NCBI GenBank assembly: GCA_950097015.1
Contig: CATNEN010000001.1
Location: 13,144,001 to 13,208,000 of the forward strand
Reading direction: 5' to 3'
Origin: Macrostomum hystrix
Lineage: Eukaryota > Animalia > Platyhelminthes
DNA: 64,000 bases
Each line of letters opens with the position of its first letter. The stretch's first letter is position 1. The notes beneath the pieces were generated by a model. That model saw nothing but the letters and a program-made list of their open reading frames with translations. It searched no databases and was not told where the DNA came from. Shown in pieces: positions 1 through 12,428 of the stretch. A program made the translations under genes and the position numbers.

Positions 1-1548
1 TCTTCAAGGACAAGCTTTGCTGGAGTTGTCTTCAAGGACAGGCTTTGCTGGAGTTGTCTTCAAGGACAAGCTTTGCTGGAGTTGTCTTCAAGGACAGGCT
101 TTGCTGGAGTTGTCTTCAAGGACAGGCTTTGCTGGAGTTGTCTTCAAGGACAGGCTTTGCTGGAGTTGTCTTCAAGGACAAGCTTTGCTGGAGTTGTCTT
201 CAAGGACAAGCTTTGCTGGAGTTGTCTTCAAGGACAAGCTTTGCTGGAGTTGTCTTCAAGGACAGGCTTTGCTGGAGTTGTCTTCAAGGACAGGCTTTGC
301 TGGAGTTGTCTTCAAGGACAGGCTTTGCTGGAGTTGTCTTCAAGGACAAGCTTTGCTGGAGTTGTCCCAAGGACAAGCTTTGCTGGAGTTGTCTTCAAGG
401 AAAAGCTTTGCTGGAGTTGTCTTCAAGGACAGGCTTTGCTGGAGTTGTCTTCAAGGACAAGCTTTGCTGGAGTTGTCTTCAAGGATAAGCTTTGCTGGAG
501 TTGTCTTCAAGGACAGGCTTTGCTGGAGTTGTCTTCAAGGACAAGCTTTGCTGGAGTTGTCTTCAAGGACAGGCTTTGCTGGAGTTGTCTTCAAGGACAA
601 GCTTTGCTGGAGTTGTCCCAAGGACAAGCTTTGCTGGAGTTGTCTTCAAGGACAGGCTTTGCTGGAGTTGTCTTCAAGGACAAGCTTTGCTGGAGTTGTC
701 TTCAAGGACAAGCTTTGCTGGAGTTGTCTTCAAGGACAAGCTTTGCTGGAGTTGTCTTCAAGGACAGGCTTTGCTGGAGTTGTCTTCAAGGACATACTTT
801 GCTGGAGTCCACTTCAAGGACAAGCTTTGCTGGAGTCGTCTTCAAGGACAAGCTTTGCTGGAGTTGTCTTCAAGGACAAGCTTTGCTGGAGTTGTCTTCA
901 AGGACAGGCTTTGCTGGAGTTGTCTTCAAGGACAAGCTTTGCTGGAGTTGTCTTCAAGGACAAGCTTTGCTGGAGTTGTCTTCAAGGACATACTTTGCTG
1001 GAGTCCACTTCAAGGACAAGCTTTGCTGGAGTTGTCTTCAAGGACAAGCTTTGCTGGAGTCCACTTCAAGGACATACTTTGCTGGAGTCCACTTCAAGGA
1101 CAAGCTTTGCTGGAGTTGTCTTCAAGGAAAAGCTTTGCTGGAGTTGTCTTCAAGGACAAGCTTTGCTGGAGTCGTCTTTAAGGACAGGCTTTGCTGGAGT
1201 TGTCTTCAAGGAAAAGCTTTGCTGGAGTTGTCTTCAAGGACAAGCTTTGCTGGAGTCCACTTCAAGGACAAGCTTTGCTGGAGTTGTCTTCAAGGAAAAG
1301 CTTTGCTGGAGTTGTCTTCAAGGAAAAGCTTTGCTGGAGTTGTCTTCAAGGACATACTTTGCTGGAGTCCACTTCAAGGACAAGCTTTGCTGGAGTTGTC
1401 TTCAAGGAAAAGCTTTGCTGGAGTTGTCTTCAAGGACAAGCTTTGCTGGAGTCGTCTTTAAGGACAAGCTTTGCTGGAGTCCACTTCAAGGACAGGCTTA
1501 GCTGGAGTCGTCTTCACGGACAGGCTTAGCGGGTCCTAGTTGTCTTCA
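1..1548. repeat. 28-bp minisatellite (TCTTCAAGGACAAGCTTTGCTGGAGTTG), runs off the left edge
   Basis: Direct tandem repetition, about 55 units. Variant units (GACATACTTT, GTCCACTT) accumulate toward the right end. Confidence 0.98.
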
Positions 1549-1979
1549 AGCGTCGATTAAGTCTACATAACGAGCCTCTTATGCATCAGAGTTTACACTG
1601 CATCCAACTGATCAAACAACTAATACGTGCTCACAGCAGATGAGCACAGTCATGTTAGAAATACGCAAAAGTGTTACAGGCCCCAGGCCGAGCATTTCAG
1701 TTATGTTGTCAAACTGCGCAAAAACAACTTTTAAGGACTCGACTAGCGAAACAAACGGACGCAAATGGACCAAGAGCCAACCCGCCGAGCTGTGTGAAAC
1801 TCTCGGCATTCGGCCAGCCAATGAGTGACGTCCGGAGCGGAAAAGGCCGTATTTTACCGCATACGACTTGATGTCTACATTAGATCAGCTACGGCTATTC
1901 CTTAATTCTCTCTTGAAATCTCTGCTATCTTGTACAGCACTCAAGAACGCTTTAGAGCATCAACTGGGACACCACAGCA

Positions 1980-4378
1980 ATGCCCACATTGATCAAACAC
2001 ATCTTGTCTGCGCTGCTGATCATAATTGTGCTGGAAACAGCCGGTTCGTCAGAGACTCATCCCGCGTTCAACCAGCCGGAGTTGGCCTGCTATCAGGTCG
2101 CTAACGGCGCCAACACCGGCGAAGATCGCAAAGCGAAGTACTGCGAGCCTTCGTTCGAGAACCTGGCTGTGAATCGGCAGATTGTTGCCAGCAGCACCTG
2201 CGGCGATCCACCGTTGCGCATCTGTCGACGCGATCCTCGAGTGCCAGCAGCCCCGTCGCTGTGCGAATTGTGCGACTCCGGGCAGGCCAAGTTGCGGCAC
2301 CCGGCCGCGCACTTGACCGACTATCACGTACACAGCAGCTGCTGGATATCCGGTCACGTGTCTGTTAATAATCCCATTGTGAATCTGACCCTCAGCCTAG
2401 GTAAGAAGCACACCATTTATTACGTCAGCCTGACCGACTGTGGCATGGGGCTGCCCGACTCCATCGAGGCCTACAAATCGGCTGACTTTGGCTCCACCTG
2501 GCAGCTGTGGCACCTGTTCTCCAGCAACTGCAGCGGCGACTATCCAGAACGTCGCGCAGGGTTCTCCTATCAGTTTGGCGGTGTTATCGGTCAGTGAGAA
2601 ATAGGGGGCGTCGGATTTTTAATCGAATTCATTGACCTAATTGTCTTGAACCCTGCAGGTCCCCGCGAAGTGGTCTGCAGCGATACGAGCGAGCTGGAGG
2701 CCCCAGAGCCCGTTGAGCCTCAGCAGCGCATTGTGCTGAGCTTCAGTACTAACTTCAAGCGAGCCTCGCCACTAGGCGGGCACGACCGAGATCCGGTCAT
2801 CGCGGACTGGATGCTCGCCACCGACATTCGACTCGTCCTTCATCGCCGTCGAAGGCGTCGTCAATGGCATCGGCTAGACTTGAAGGATTCTGTCAGTGAC
2901 GACGACGCCTTCGCGTTTGCCAACATCGATGTCGGCGGTCGATGCTTCTGCAACGGGCACGCGGCGCGCTGTCAGCCAGCCGTGTCGAGCGGAGGCTCCG
3001 CTGCGGCATCGAAATGCGACTGCCAGCACGGCACTGAGGGCGAGGACTGCGAGCGATGCCGGCCGTTCTGGGTGGACCTGCCATGGCGGCGAGGCACGCC
3101 GGAACAGCCGACGCAGTGCCGCCGTGAGTTTTTTCCGAGTGATTCCGAACGCTTTTGAAGTGTTCTGGATTCATATTGCTTGTATTCGTATTCGACTTGA
3201 AGGTCGGGGGTTCGATTCCTGACTTCACTGGAATAATCTGTGTCTTAATTGTAGCGTGAAATTCACACAGCTGTCAAATGGGTACCAGCATCAGTCGATT
3301 GGGGCAGGCGTAATCAATAATTATTAATTATACTTCTACCTCATTTTTGCACAACAAAGCGAGTTTAAATTCAAAGACTACTAGAATGACGCAATACTTT
3401 TGATTGGTTAGAAAATTGCGCGTTTTTTATTGCTATGGTTCTTCTACGAGGATTTTTGTCTACGGCCTTAAACGTATTAATGCAATGATTTTTACTCTAA
3501 TAGAATATAAGGTAACCTTTAATTAGGATAGACAGATGGTGACTTCCTGTTCGAAAACTTCTTAAAAATATGTATTTCTATGCAAATATTCGTTAATTTT
3601 TTTGATGTTGAACAGAAAATTTATGAGAAGATTATTTGGTCGATTTTATGGCGGATGATGGGATATTTCGGGAGTTGCGGAAGAAAGAGAAAGTTGTGGT
3701 AGCTGAAAAGTTGTTATATCGCGTGACTTATGAAAATTGGCAATCGGTTTTGGAATAGCGTGCCATTGAAGATGGCATTCCGGCAGGAATGTGCCAAAAT
3801 CACTTCATGTTGCCTAGGGAATAATTGCATTTTCCGAAGTCTATTTGATCATCAACCAATCCAAAAATGGCGGTTAAGAAATTCAAATAAATGAAAATGA
3901 AACTGCTTAAAAAGCTCTAGCTAGGTAGGATGACTTATTTTATGGTGCAGGTAAATTGCTGCTTTCAAAAGGTATCGACTGTGCCTCATAAGAGCATTCA
4001 GTGCCCAAGGGCATGAGAATACCACAAGGTATTAGGACTATAAGGTCTAGGCTAAGATTCTAGTTTGCATTTTTGTGTCTTAGTGCGAAGAAAAATACTA
4101 ATGAAACTTTGAGATAATGGGTTGTGTGTGACTGCGGATTGTTAATTCCTTTTTTTCTTCACTGTATTACTCAGTTTCACACTGAGTTCTGTGTGAGCGA
4201 AACTTTCTTTAAGTGCATTATGACTGAGCTAGTTAGTCAGTTAGTTAGTTAGTTAGTTAGTCAGTTAGTTAGTTAGTCAGTTAGTTAGTTAGTTAGTTAG
4301 TCAGTTAGTTAGTTAGTCAGTTAGTTAGTTAGTTAGTCAGTTAGTTAGTTAGTTAGTCAGTTAGTCAGTTAGTTAGTC

Positions 4379-4409
<31 letters not shown>

Positions 4410-4426
4410 CAGTTAGTTAGTTAGTC

Positions 4427-4457
<31 letters not shown>

Positions 4458-4458
4458 C

Positions 4459-4491
<33 letters not shown>

Positions 4492-4981
4492 TTTACTTAG
4501 TTAGTCAGTCAGTTAGTTAGTTAGTTAGTTATTTACTTAGTTAGTCAGTTAGTTAGTTAGTTAGTTAGTTAGTAAGTTAGCTAGTTACGAGTAGTTAGCT
4601 AGTTAAAGTTAGTCAACTTGTCAAGGTTGATGGTTAAATAAATTGATTGATATCTAGGCAATCGCATGGCAGACGTATCGCTAGCCTGACACTATAATAA
4701 GAGGGACATGAAGTTCCCCACCCGAAGCAGCAAACGAGTATAGTAAAGACTGCACTCCACTCTCTGATCTCTCTCTCCGTCCCAGTCTCGGCGTGTTCTT
4801 GCTCAAAGATTATTTAGGAGGCAAAGTCGGCCCTCTGAGCTGCGGTTAGGAACACGGCAAGCCGGGCTTGCCAGATGAAGAGTTTGTGCTAGAGAGAGTG
4901 TTAGTGTCTGAGTGTGTCCCTTGCAAGCAGCATCTTCAAATCCAAAGTCAGGAATTCTTTGACTTTACTAGCGCCAGGCAA

Positions 4982-5017
<36 letters not shown>

Positions 5018-8000
5018 CGTGATTAATTGGCTCAGCTTACACACGCTTATAGGCAGTCCTGCACAGCTTCGTGTCCCGAGGCCGTCTGTCCTTCAGGCGA
5101 GTTGTAGTTAGTGAGCTTAGCTGACACTCGATCCGCTTGGGCACCGATGCCAAGCCTGACATTCCTGACCAAGCCTTCGATCTGGCCTCCTCCCACCTTG
5201 GCGAATCTGTCAGCCTGTTTCTGCTATACAGATTTGTGCGATGTGTTGAATCGAACCATCGAACACTCTTTCTGGGTGTTGCTTTCACCGAGACAGACTT
5301 GGCGCAGTTGTGTAAATGACTAGAAATTCATCACAGACCTCAACCTATTATAATGACAATTCAATAGCCTAAATACATACTGGCTCGTACACACTTGAAC
5401 CGTGACAGGCTGCCAGTGCAACGGCCACGCCGACCGCTGCCACTTCGACGCCGCCTCCTACCAATTCGCTGCCGAGCCGCGCAGCGCCGGCGTCTGCCTC
5501 GGCTGCAGGCACAACACCGCCGGCCGCAACTGCCAGTACTGCCGGCCCGGCTACCACCGAAACTGGCTGGCCCCCCCTGACAGCGCCAGGGTTTGCACCT
5601 GTGAGTACTGAGCACTGCTCACTGCCTGCCTGTCTGTCTGTATGTCTGTCTGTCTGTCTGTACTGGGTGTCTGTGCTGGGTGTCTGTCTGTCTGACCAAC
5701 CCCACCCCAATGCTCTCGGGCAGTGTGCAACTGCCACCCGCTCGGCTCGGCAACCGGCATCTGCGACCGTGACACCGGCCGGTGCGTCTGCAAAACTGGC
5801 GTTGGCGGCGAAAAATGCGACCGCTGTCTCGCCGGCTTTGAACAGACCAGCGATCCGATGGCGCCCTGCCGGAGAGCTCACGGCGCTTCTCAGAAAGGTA
5901 GTTTTTGTTCTAATGAAGTAGAAGATTCAGGTTGCAGTCTACTGAAGATTATTGGTAGATTTTTAGAGTCTCGTAGTATTTAAGGAAATATGTTAGTTGT
6001 ACTTGTAATTTTATAAAGAGTATTTTTATAGAGTGTGTTGTATTTAAAGGAAGGGTCTAGTTTGTTTTCTAAGAAAGAGTCTAGTTGTTTTCTAAGAAAG
6101 AGTCTAGTTTGTTTTCTAAGAAAGAGTCTAGTTGTTTTCTAAGAAATAGTCTAGTTGTTTTCTAAGAAAGAGTCTCGTTGTTTTCTAAGAAAGAGTCTAG
6201 TTGTTTTCTAAGAAAGAGTGTAGTTGTTTTCTAAGAAAGAGTGTAGTTGCATTTTAAGAAATATTCAAACTTCATTTTATGAAAAGTTCTTACTGTATTC
6301 AAAGCAATAGTCCAGTCTAATTTTTAGAAAGAATTTTGTTTTATCATGATATAGAGTATTTTTTCGAAGAACCTTTCCATTGCTATTGAACAATTTTCGT
6401 GTTATTTTCAGTCAAAATACTGCGCTAGCTTTCTAGGAGAGCATTTGATTATTTATCAGGTTCTGTAGACTGATAATGACCATGAGAATTTCTTCTTCCT
6501 TCCTTTTCATTTGCATCTAAAATATGCCAAGTCATAAAGTAACAACGCATAAATTCGATAAAAAAGACAGACTTACAACTTTAGCTTTAACTAGCAACCT
6601 AGACCCCCCTTTGGGTGAAGAAAGTCACAGACTGAAACGAATAATTTAAAATATGCAACTCCAATACCATGCCTATCTTTTCTTTTATCTCCTCGATAAA
6701 TCATGCTACCCCTTTGATATATCATGCTATCCCTTTGATATATCATGCTACCCCTTTGATAAATCATTCTACCCCTTTGATAAATCATGCTACCCCTTTG
6801 ATAAATCATGCTACCCCTTTGATAAATCATGCTACCCCTTTGATATATCATGCTACCCCTTTATTAAATCATGCTACCCCTTTGATAAATCATGCTACCC
6901 CTTTGATATATCATGCTATCCCTTTGATATATGATGTTACCCCTTTGATATATCATGCTACCCCTTTGATATATCATGCTACCCCTTTGATATATCATGC
7001 TACCCCTTTGATAACTCATGCTACCCCTTTGATATATCATGCTATCCCTTTGATATACCATGCTATCCCTTTGATATATCATGCTATCCCTTTGATATAT
7101 CATGCTACCCCTTTGATATATCATGCTACCCCTTTGATATATCATGCTACCCCTTTGATATACCATGCTACCCCTTTGATATATCATGCTATCCCTTTGA
7201 TATACCATGCTACCCCTTTGATATATCATGCTATCCCTTTGATATATCATGCTATCCCTTTGATATATCATGCTATCCCTTTGATATATCATGCTATCCC
7301 TTTGATATATCATGGCGATCTGCTGCGGCGCAGGGGATGATGCTGGTGCTGGTGGGGCTGCGCACTGCGTATGTGTCCGGGTACCAGCTGAAGTAGTCCA
7401 CTAGGACCACCACGTTCTCGCCAGTTGGGAACGGTCCGCAGACGTCCACGCTCAGCGATAGCCACGGTCCCGGGGGCAGCGGTGTCGGCTGCATCGGCGG
7501 CTGCTAGACGGCGACGTCCGGTCGAGCCGCCAGGCACGGGTGGCAGCGGGAGACGTTCCTACCCCTCCCATCCATGGACAGGGGGAGCCCCATCAAACCC
7601 AACATATCCATGCATTGCGCATCAACTGAAGCAAAATATGAAACCCGAGCTTCTGGGGCCACTTGTACGTTCTTCTACATGCACTGTAGGGCTGTAATGC
7701 CGCGTCAAGGCGATCGACGCCTCCCATGCTTTGAGTTTTGCGACCGCTAGCCTTTCTGTCAACGAGTTTGACGGCAACATCACCCTGACGCATGTGAGAG
7801 TGACTCACAGGTTGCACAATGACTCACAGCTGTCACAATAGATCCTGTAGCCCAAGTTCAGCAAGTCCTTGCTGTGCTCGACAACAATATTCTCACTGAA
7901 AGATAAATTCCGGCAATTCAGCCCATCTCCAAGCCTTTTGTTGTCCTGCTTGACAGCATGCACATTGAAAAACTGAATACTGTAAAATAAAAGCAATAGA

Positions 8001-11000
8001 GACCGACTTTTGCCATAGACAGTCTCCAGGATAAAAGTTTTGCTCCACTGAAAAAAGCATCAAATTTGGCCCGTCTGATATGTGCACAAGGTGCTCATAG
8101 ATAGTAGGGAAGACTTTGAGTAGCTACATGGCATGCTAGGCGTACCATCCGTTAATTGAGACTGCGAGTGTAGAACATGGATGAATGAATGGATTGCTAT
8201 TCTCGCTCTGGCTATTTTCGTTTTTGACTCTTTTGCATCCGGTTCCCCCCGTGCCTTTTCATTGGTTGATGATTGCCATAGACAATTTTCGGTCTTCGAC
8301 CCTTTTTTCGATGCACAAGCGCAAAGAACTGATTTTATTGTAGACGAATCGACTCTCGAATCGTGCTTGTAGGTCTTCCCCCTTTATTTCAAAACACGAG
8401 CGAAAGCAACTGAGAATTTAAAGTAGACAAATCGACTGATTCGTGCTTAAAGGCTTGTTTAGACGTTCTTTTGTTGTTTACTCACTGTTTATTTTACTTT
8501 TATCACTACCATGCCTAATGGCTCAAAGCGCTACTGTGCTGCACTAGAATGTCTATCCAAGTCAGGGATGCGGGATGACACTGGAGTGAATATCAGCTTC
8601 TTTTCTTTTCCTGTCAAATCTCCACTTCAACTGACCGAATGGATGAGCAATGTGAAGATGGCATCGCAGTTTGTCTTGACAAAGAGCTCAGTATTGTGTT
8701 CTACATTCTCAGTGCTTTGCGCTTGTGCATCGAAAGAAAGGGGCGAAGGCTGAAAATTGTCTATGGCAATCATCAACCAATGAAAAGGCACGGGGGGGGG
8801 AACCGGAGGCAAAAGAGTCAAAAACGAAAATAGCCAGAGACAGAATAGCAATCCATTCTATTCATTGACATATAACCAAGTGTGCGTAAACGTCTCAAGC
8901 TCGTGTATAGTTTATGGCCCAAAGGCCATCAAAGAAATAGATTGAAGTGTGCAGTAAATTCCGCAACTGTGCGGTAAATGTGCGGCTACTTGATCTCCGT
9001 GCCATCCCTCTTCTGAGCTACTATGCAGTAAATCCCAGACGGGTATTGTCTATGGGCCGAAGGAGCTGGTCTTGCGCACACACACTTGGTCATAAATCAA
9101 TGCACTTATGCTAGGCTTCCTAGTGCGTAAATCTACCATTCATCCATGGTGTAGAAGCCCAGTGCGCCGTTCGGGAGTTAGTCGATTGCAAACAAGGAAG
9201 CAAGATTTCCATTTTTACTATATTAGATATTTATGTGAGAGAAAAGGTATAGAGAGTTTAAGTACTCATATCTACCAAGCCTCTAAAACATTTTTCTGGC
9301 GCATCAAACAAAAGAAGGGAATAAAAACGCTGAAAGCAGGCTTCGTGGATTCTCGATGTCAAGCAATGCTTTCAAATGTTTGAATTCAATGCTAATTGCT
9401 CTAATTGCTCTTCGCTTTTTTCGAACACCTGAAAACACTTTTGCTGGATAGTTCTGACCGGGTGTGGAGCCACTTGACCAGGGACATTCAACTGCAATGG
9501 GCTTTCAAAATCGCTCTGCAACTGACGGCTAATTGCTTCATCTTGTTCTCTGTCCATTTGACTGATGCTGCCGCTGCTGCCGCTGCTTCTGTTTACGCTC
9601 GTAACAGAGGCCTTGTCTGTGGATATCAGATGTGATTTAACAATAAGTACTCGTATGTTTAGATGTGGATGCAAGTTGATTTCACTGCAATAGAGTCGAG
9701 AGTAAGAGAAGATGAGACAAGAAATCTTGGAACTTTTGAGACCAAAGAAAAATAAAGCCAATTTGAGAAATCGTTTCTGGAGCCTTTCCTGAAATTTCTC
9801 AACCATTTTCCATGCCTAATTTCAGCATCTCCAACTGGACGGCAGGCCAGTAAGGCAAACAAAGAGGCGACAAAGACCGATGAAAAAACTGGTGAGGCAT
9901 TTGTGGATTTTGTCCTAATGCTGCTGGGAATAAAACACTGAGCGTATCAGAGCCTTGTACTGCCTGTAGCCTCCCTTTTGGGCATTTTTCGAATACTCGG
10001 CCTATGCCAAGATGGATTACGTAACTCACCCTAATTGGGGTTTCTGGGACGAAAGAAAATAATGGTTTTTTGTGTGTGAATGAAGATCAGCTGTCACTGT
10101 GAGAGCCATCAATCAGTCACCGCTCAGCTGTCGTGCCTTGCACCGCTTTAAGGCTGACAGATTATATCTAACAGGTGACACTATAATGCATAAGAGGTGA
10201 CACCTAATATCTAACAGGTGACACTATATGCCTAACAGGTAAATACGCATATCTAACAGTTGACACAAAATATCTAACAGTTGACACCTAATATCTAACA
10301 GGTGACACCTTATATCTAACAGGTTTGAAAAAGTTTATGAGCATGCAGTAAACTTTGTTATATTTTTGGCCAACTCTTAACTAAGGATTAAATCAGTAGT
10401 CATTAGTGATCTGCTGTGATTCAATATGCGTAAAAAAGAACTGTTTTGACGCAGTGCCAAACGTCGCAGTTTTGCCGTTGGGTTGAAATTAGCCAAAAAG
10501 GGCTGTTGGTGTCGGCTCTGCTTTAAGGCGCAACTGCTGCTTTGCTGAATGCTTGAAATGTGTTAAAAGTTTGGGCCATAGTTCATCGAGGCTCTCTGTT
10601 CGAGGGTAATACAGATTTTTATGCCGAATATGGGGAAATAGTTGGGCTGTATGGTGAATAAAAAACCAGGTGCTTAGTAGCTATGGGCTGTGATTAGCAA
10701 GCTAGACTGTTAAGATTGATTTTCCAGGTTTTGCAGCGCCGAATAATGCTCTACCGCATTGCTGGCGGTGCATATTTGTTTCGGGGCGTGATGCTGTAGT
10801 TTAGTGGGCACTGCATGCCACACAATCTACTAATATGGAGCATTGCACATTGCTGCTTTAAGGCTGATATCAGCACAGTCTGATGGTCAGCTGGCTGATG
10901 TCAGCACAGTCTGATGGTCAGTTGGCTGATGTCAGCACAGTCTGATGGTCAGTTGGCTGATGTCAGCACAGTCTGATGGTCAGTTGGCTGATGTCAGCAC

Positions 11001-12428
11001 AGTCTGATGGTCAGTTGGCTGATGTCAGCACAGTCTGATGGTCAGTTGGCTGATGTCAGCACAGTCTGATGTTGAGTCAGTTGGCTGATGTCAGCACAGT
11101 CTGATGTTGAGTCAGTTGGCTGATGTCAGCACAGTCTGATGGTGAGTCAGTTGGCTGATGTCAGCACAGTCTGATGTTGAGTCAGTTGGCTGATGTCAGC
11201 ACAGTCTGATGGTGAGTCAGTTGGCTGATGTCAGCACAGTCTGATGTTGAGTCAGTTGGCTGATGTCAGCACAGTCTGATGGTGAGTTAATTGGCTGATG
11301 TCAGCAGTCTGATGTTGAGTCAGTTGGCTGATGTCAGCACAGTCTGATGTTGAGTCAGTTGGCTGATGTCAGCACAGTCTGATGGTGAGTCAGTTGGCTG
11401 ATGTCAGCACAGTCTGATGTTGAGTCAGTTGGCTGATGTCAGCACAGTCTGATGGTCAGTTGGCTGATGTCAGCACAGTCTGATGGTCAGTTGTCTGATG
11501 TCAGCACAGTCTGATGGTCAGTTGGCTGATGTCAGCATAAATAAAGCTATGGTGTTGAATCTATCGTCAACTGTATTGGTACCTAATTCCTGGAGTCTAT
11601 TGTAGCCATCTGGGCACCCTTATCGTTCATTTTGCAGATTCCGTAGACCAATCAGCAACGAGTCGCAGGAAGCGCTGCCCAGCCAAGTGTCGTTCTAACA
11701 AAAAGCGTTTGAGCAAAACTGAATTCCAGGAGATTGACTGGGGTGAGTGAGCAAACAATAATGTTGTTAACCCCAGAGTAGCGCAGGGTCTTTGTGCCTA
11801 GAATCTAGACAACATATGACGTCACAGAAAATTATTTATCTATTTAGCTCATTCGCTCCCCTCTGGTTTGCGTCTAAAATATTCCCCACTGATGAAATAA
11901 CATTTGGACAGAACCAATTTCCCCATTTAGACGGTAAACAATGACTAGAACCGTTAGTATCTGTTCTAAAAAACCGTCCCACCTGCAGCCGTGAGCTTCC
12001 TAGTGCAGCAGGTGTTTGCCCAACGCCGTTGGATTCGCGTGAGCGGCATAGTTCAGCTCACCATTCGCTGCTCAAAGCAACGATCAGCCGAAACCAGGCA
12101 CTCCATCAGTCTGGACACTCTTGGCTCGTGTCAAGAGTTCAGCAGCGCCTCGACGTCGTCGGCCGTGTTCTACATCCGCCAGCGTCACTGGCAATGCGGC
12201 TGTCCAGCCCAGCTGGTTGCTGGCCGGCCGTACCTGCTGCTGAAGCGCCTGTCGAGAAGGCGCACGCGGCGCAGTCGTCAACATCGACCAGGCCGGAGGC
12301 GCAGGAGGCACGAGCCGGCGCTGCTGCTGCGGGACATTGTCTGGCCTTGGGAGGCCGGCCTTCAGGAGCGCCTGCTTCGACTAGAGGCGAGGGACAGACG
12401 TAGGAGGAACGGACGGAAGGAGAACTGA
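1980..12428 (+). CDS. netrin: Netrin-family secreted protein (signal peptide, laminin N-terminal domain, 3 laminin-EGF, NTR/C345C), 6 exons
   Basis: Exons 1980-2589, 2659-3123, 5409-5600, 5724-5897, 11638-11742, 11989-12428 join in frame across GT-AG phase-1 introns. Motifs: CEPSFENLA..ASSTCG, YKSADFGSTWQ, DWMLATDIR, VGGRCFCNGHA, CQCNGHA..C..CRHNTAGRNCQYCRPGY, CNCHPLGS..C.CKTGVGGEKCDRC, and C-terminal CPAKC...CGCP..L..GRPYLLL. The 11638-11742 exon (DSVDQSATSRRKRCPAKCRSNKKRLSKTEFQEIDW) is absent from the ORF track. Confidence 0.93.
3190..3325 (+). mobile_element. tRNA-derived SINE family B (CORE-like), degraded copy
   Basis: B-box GGTTCGATTCC, central CAGCTGTCAAATGGGTACCAG, tail ATTGGGGCAGGCGTAATCAA. 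Homologous to 26170-26320 and 56260-56510. Ends approximate. Confidence 0.65.
4228..4605. repeat. (TTAG/TCAG)n microsatellite in netrin intron 2
   Basis: Direct observation. Confidence 0.97.
6056..6255. repeat. 22-23-bp minisatellite (TAGTTGTTTTCTAAGAAAGAGTC)
   Basis: About 9 tandem units in netrin intron 4. Confidence 0.95.
6695..7313. repeat. 21-bp minisatellite (TGATATATCATGCTACCCCTT)
   Basis: About 29 tandem units. It produces the spurious IYHATPL and MIYQRGS ORFs. Confidence 0.97.
7320..7540 (-). mobile_element. Ty3/Gypsy integrase fragment
   Basis: PLPPGPWLSLSVDVCGPFPTGENVVVLVDYFSWYP matches the start of the rve core (PW..v..D..GP.P......lvvvDyfS.yp). Confidence 0.85.
7593..8090 (-). 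mobile_element. piggyBac transposase remnant (internally deleted)
   Basis: MGGVDRLDAALQPYSACRRTYKWPQKLGFHILL matches the region around the third catalytic D. DLLNLGYRIYCD matches the region before the second D (GY.vy.DN). Confidence 0.8.
8181..8866. mobile_element. Non-autonomous DNA transposon with ~145-bp terminal inverted repeats, carrying a truncated THAP domain
   Basis: 8181-8326 is the reverse complement of 8715-8866 (GAATGGATTGCTATTCT...GATGCACAAGCGCAAAG). The internal ORF 8511-8753 has a THAP pattern: CAALEC..ISFFSFP..EW...V....VLCS. Confidence 0.85.
10165..10325. repeat. Degenerate ~20-bp tandem repeat (ATCTAACAGGTGACAC core)
   Basis: About 8 imperfect units. Confidence 0.8.
10862..11537. 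repeat. 30/34-bp minisatellite (GTTGGCTGATGTCAGCACAGTCTGATGGTCA)
   Basis: About 21 units. A block of 34-bp variants is flanked by 30-bp units. It ends about 100 bp before netrin exon 5. Confidence 0.97.

Noticed and set aside
17-1529. Long ORFs (up to 494 aa) in all three plus frames
   Set aside because: Artefact of a stop-free 28-bp repeat. No ATG start and no domain.
10862-11537. CRISPR-like array (30-34-bp units with the internal palindrome GCTGATGTCAGC)
   Set aside because: Units are contiguous with no unique spacers, there are no cas genes, and the context is a eukaryotic intron. The same applies to all other arrays here.
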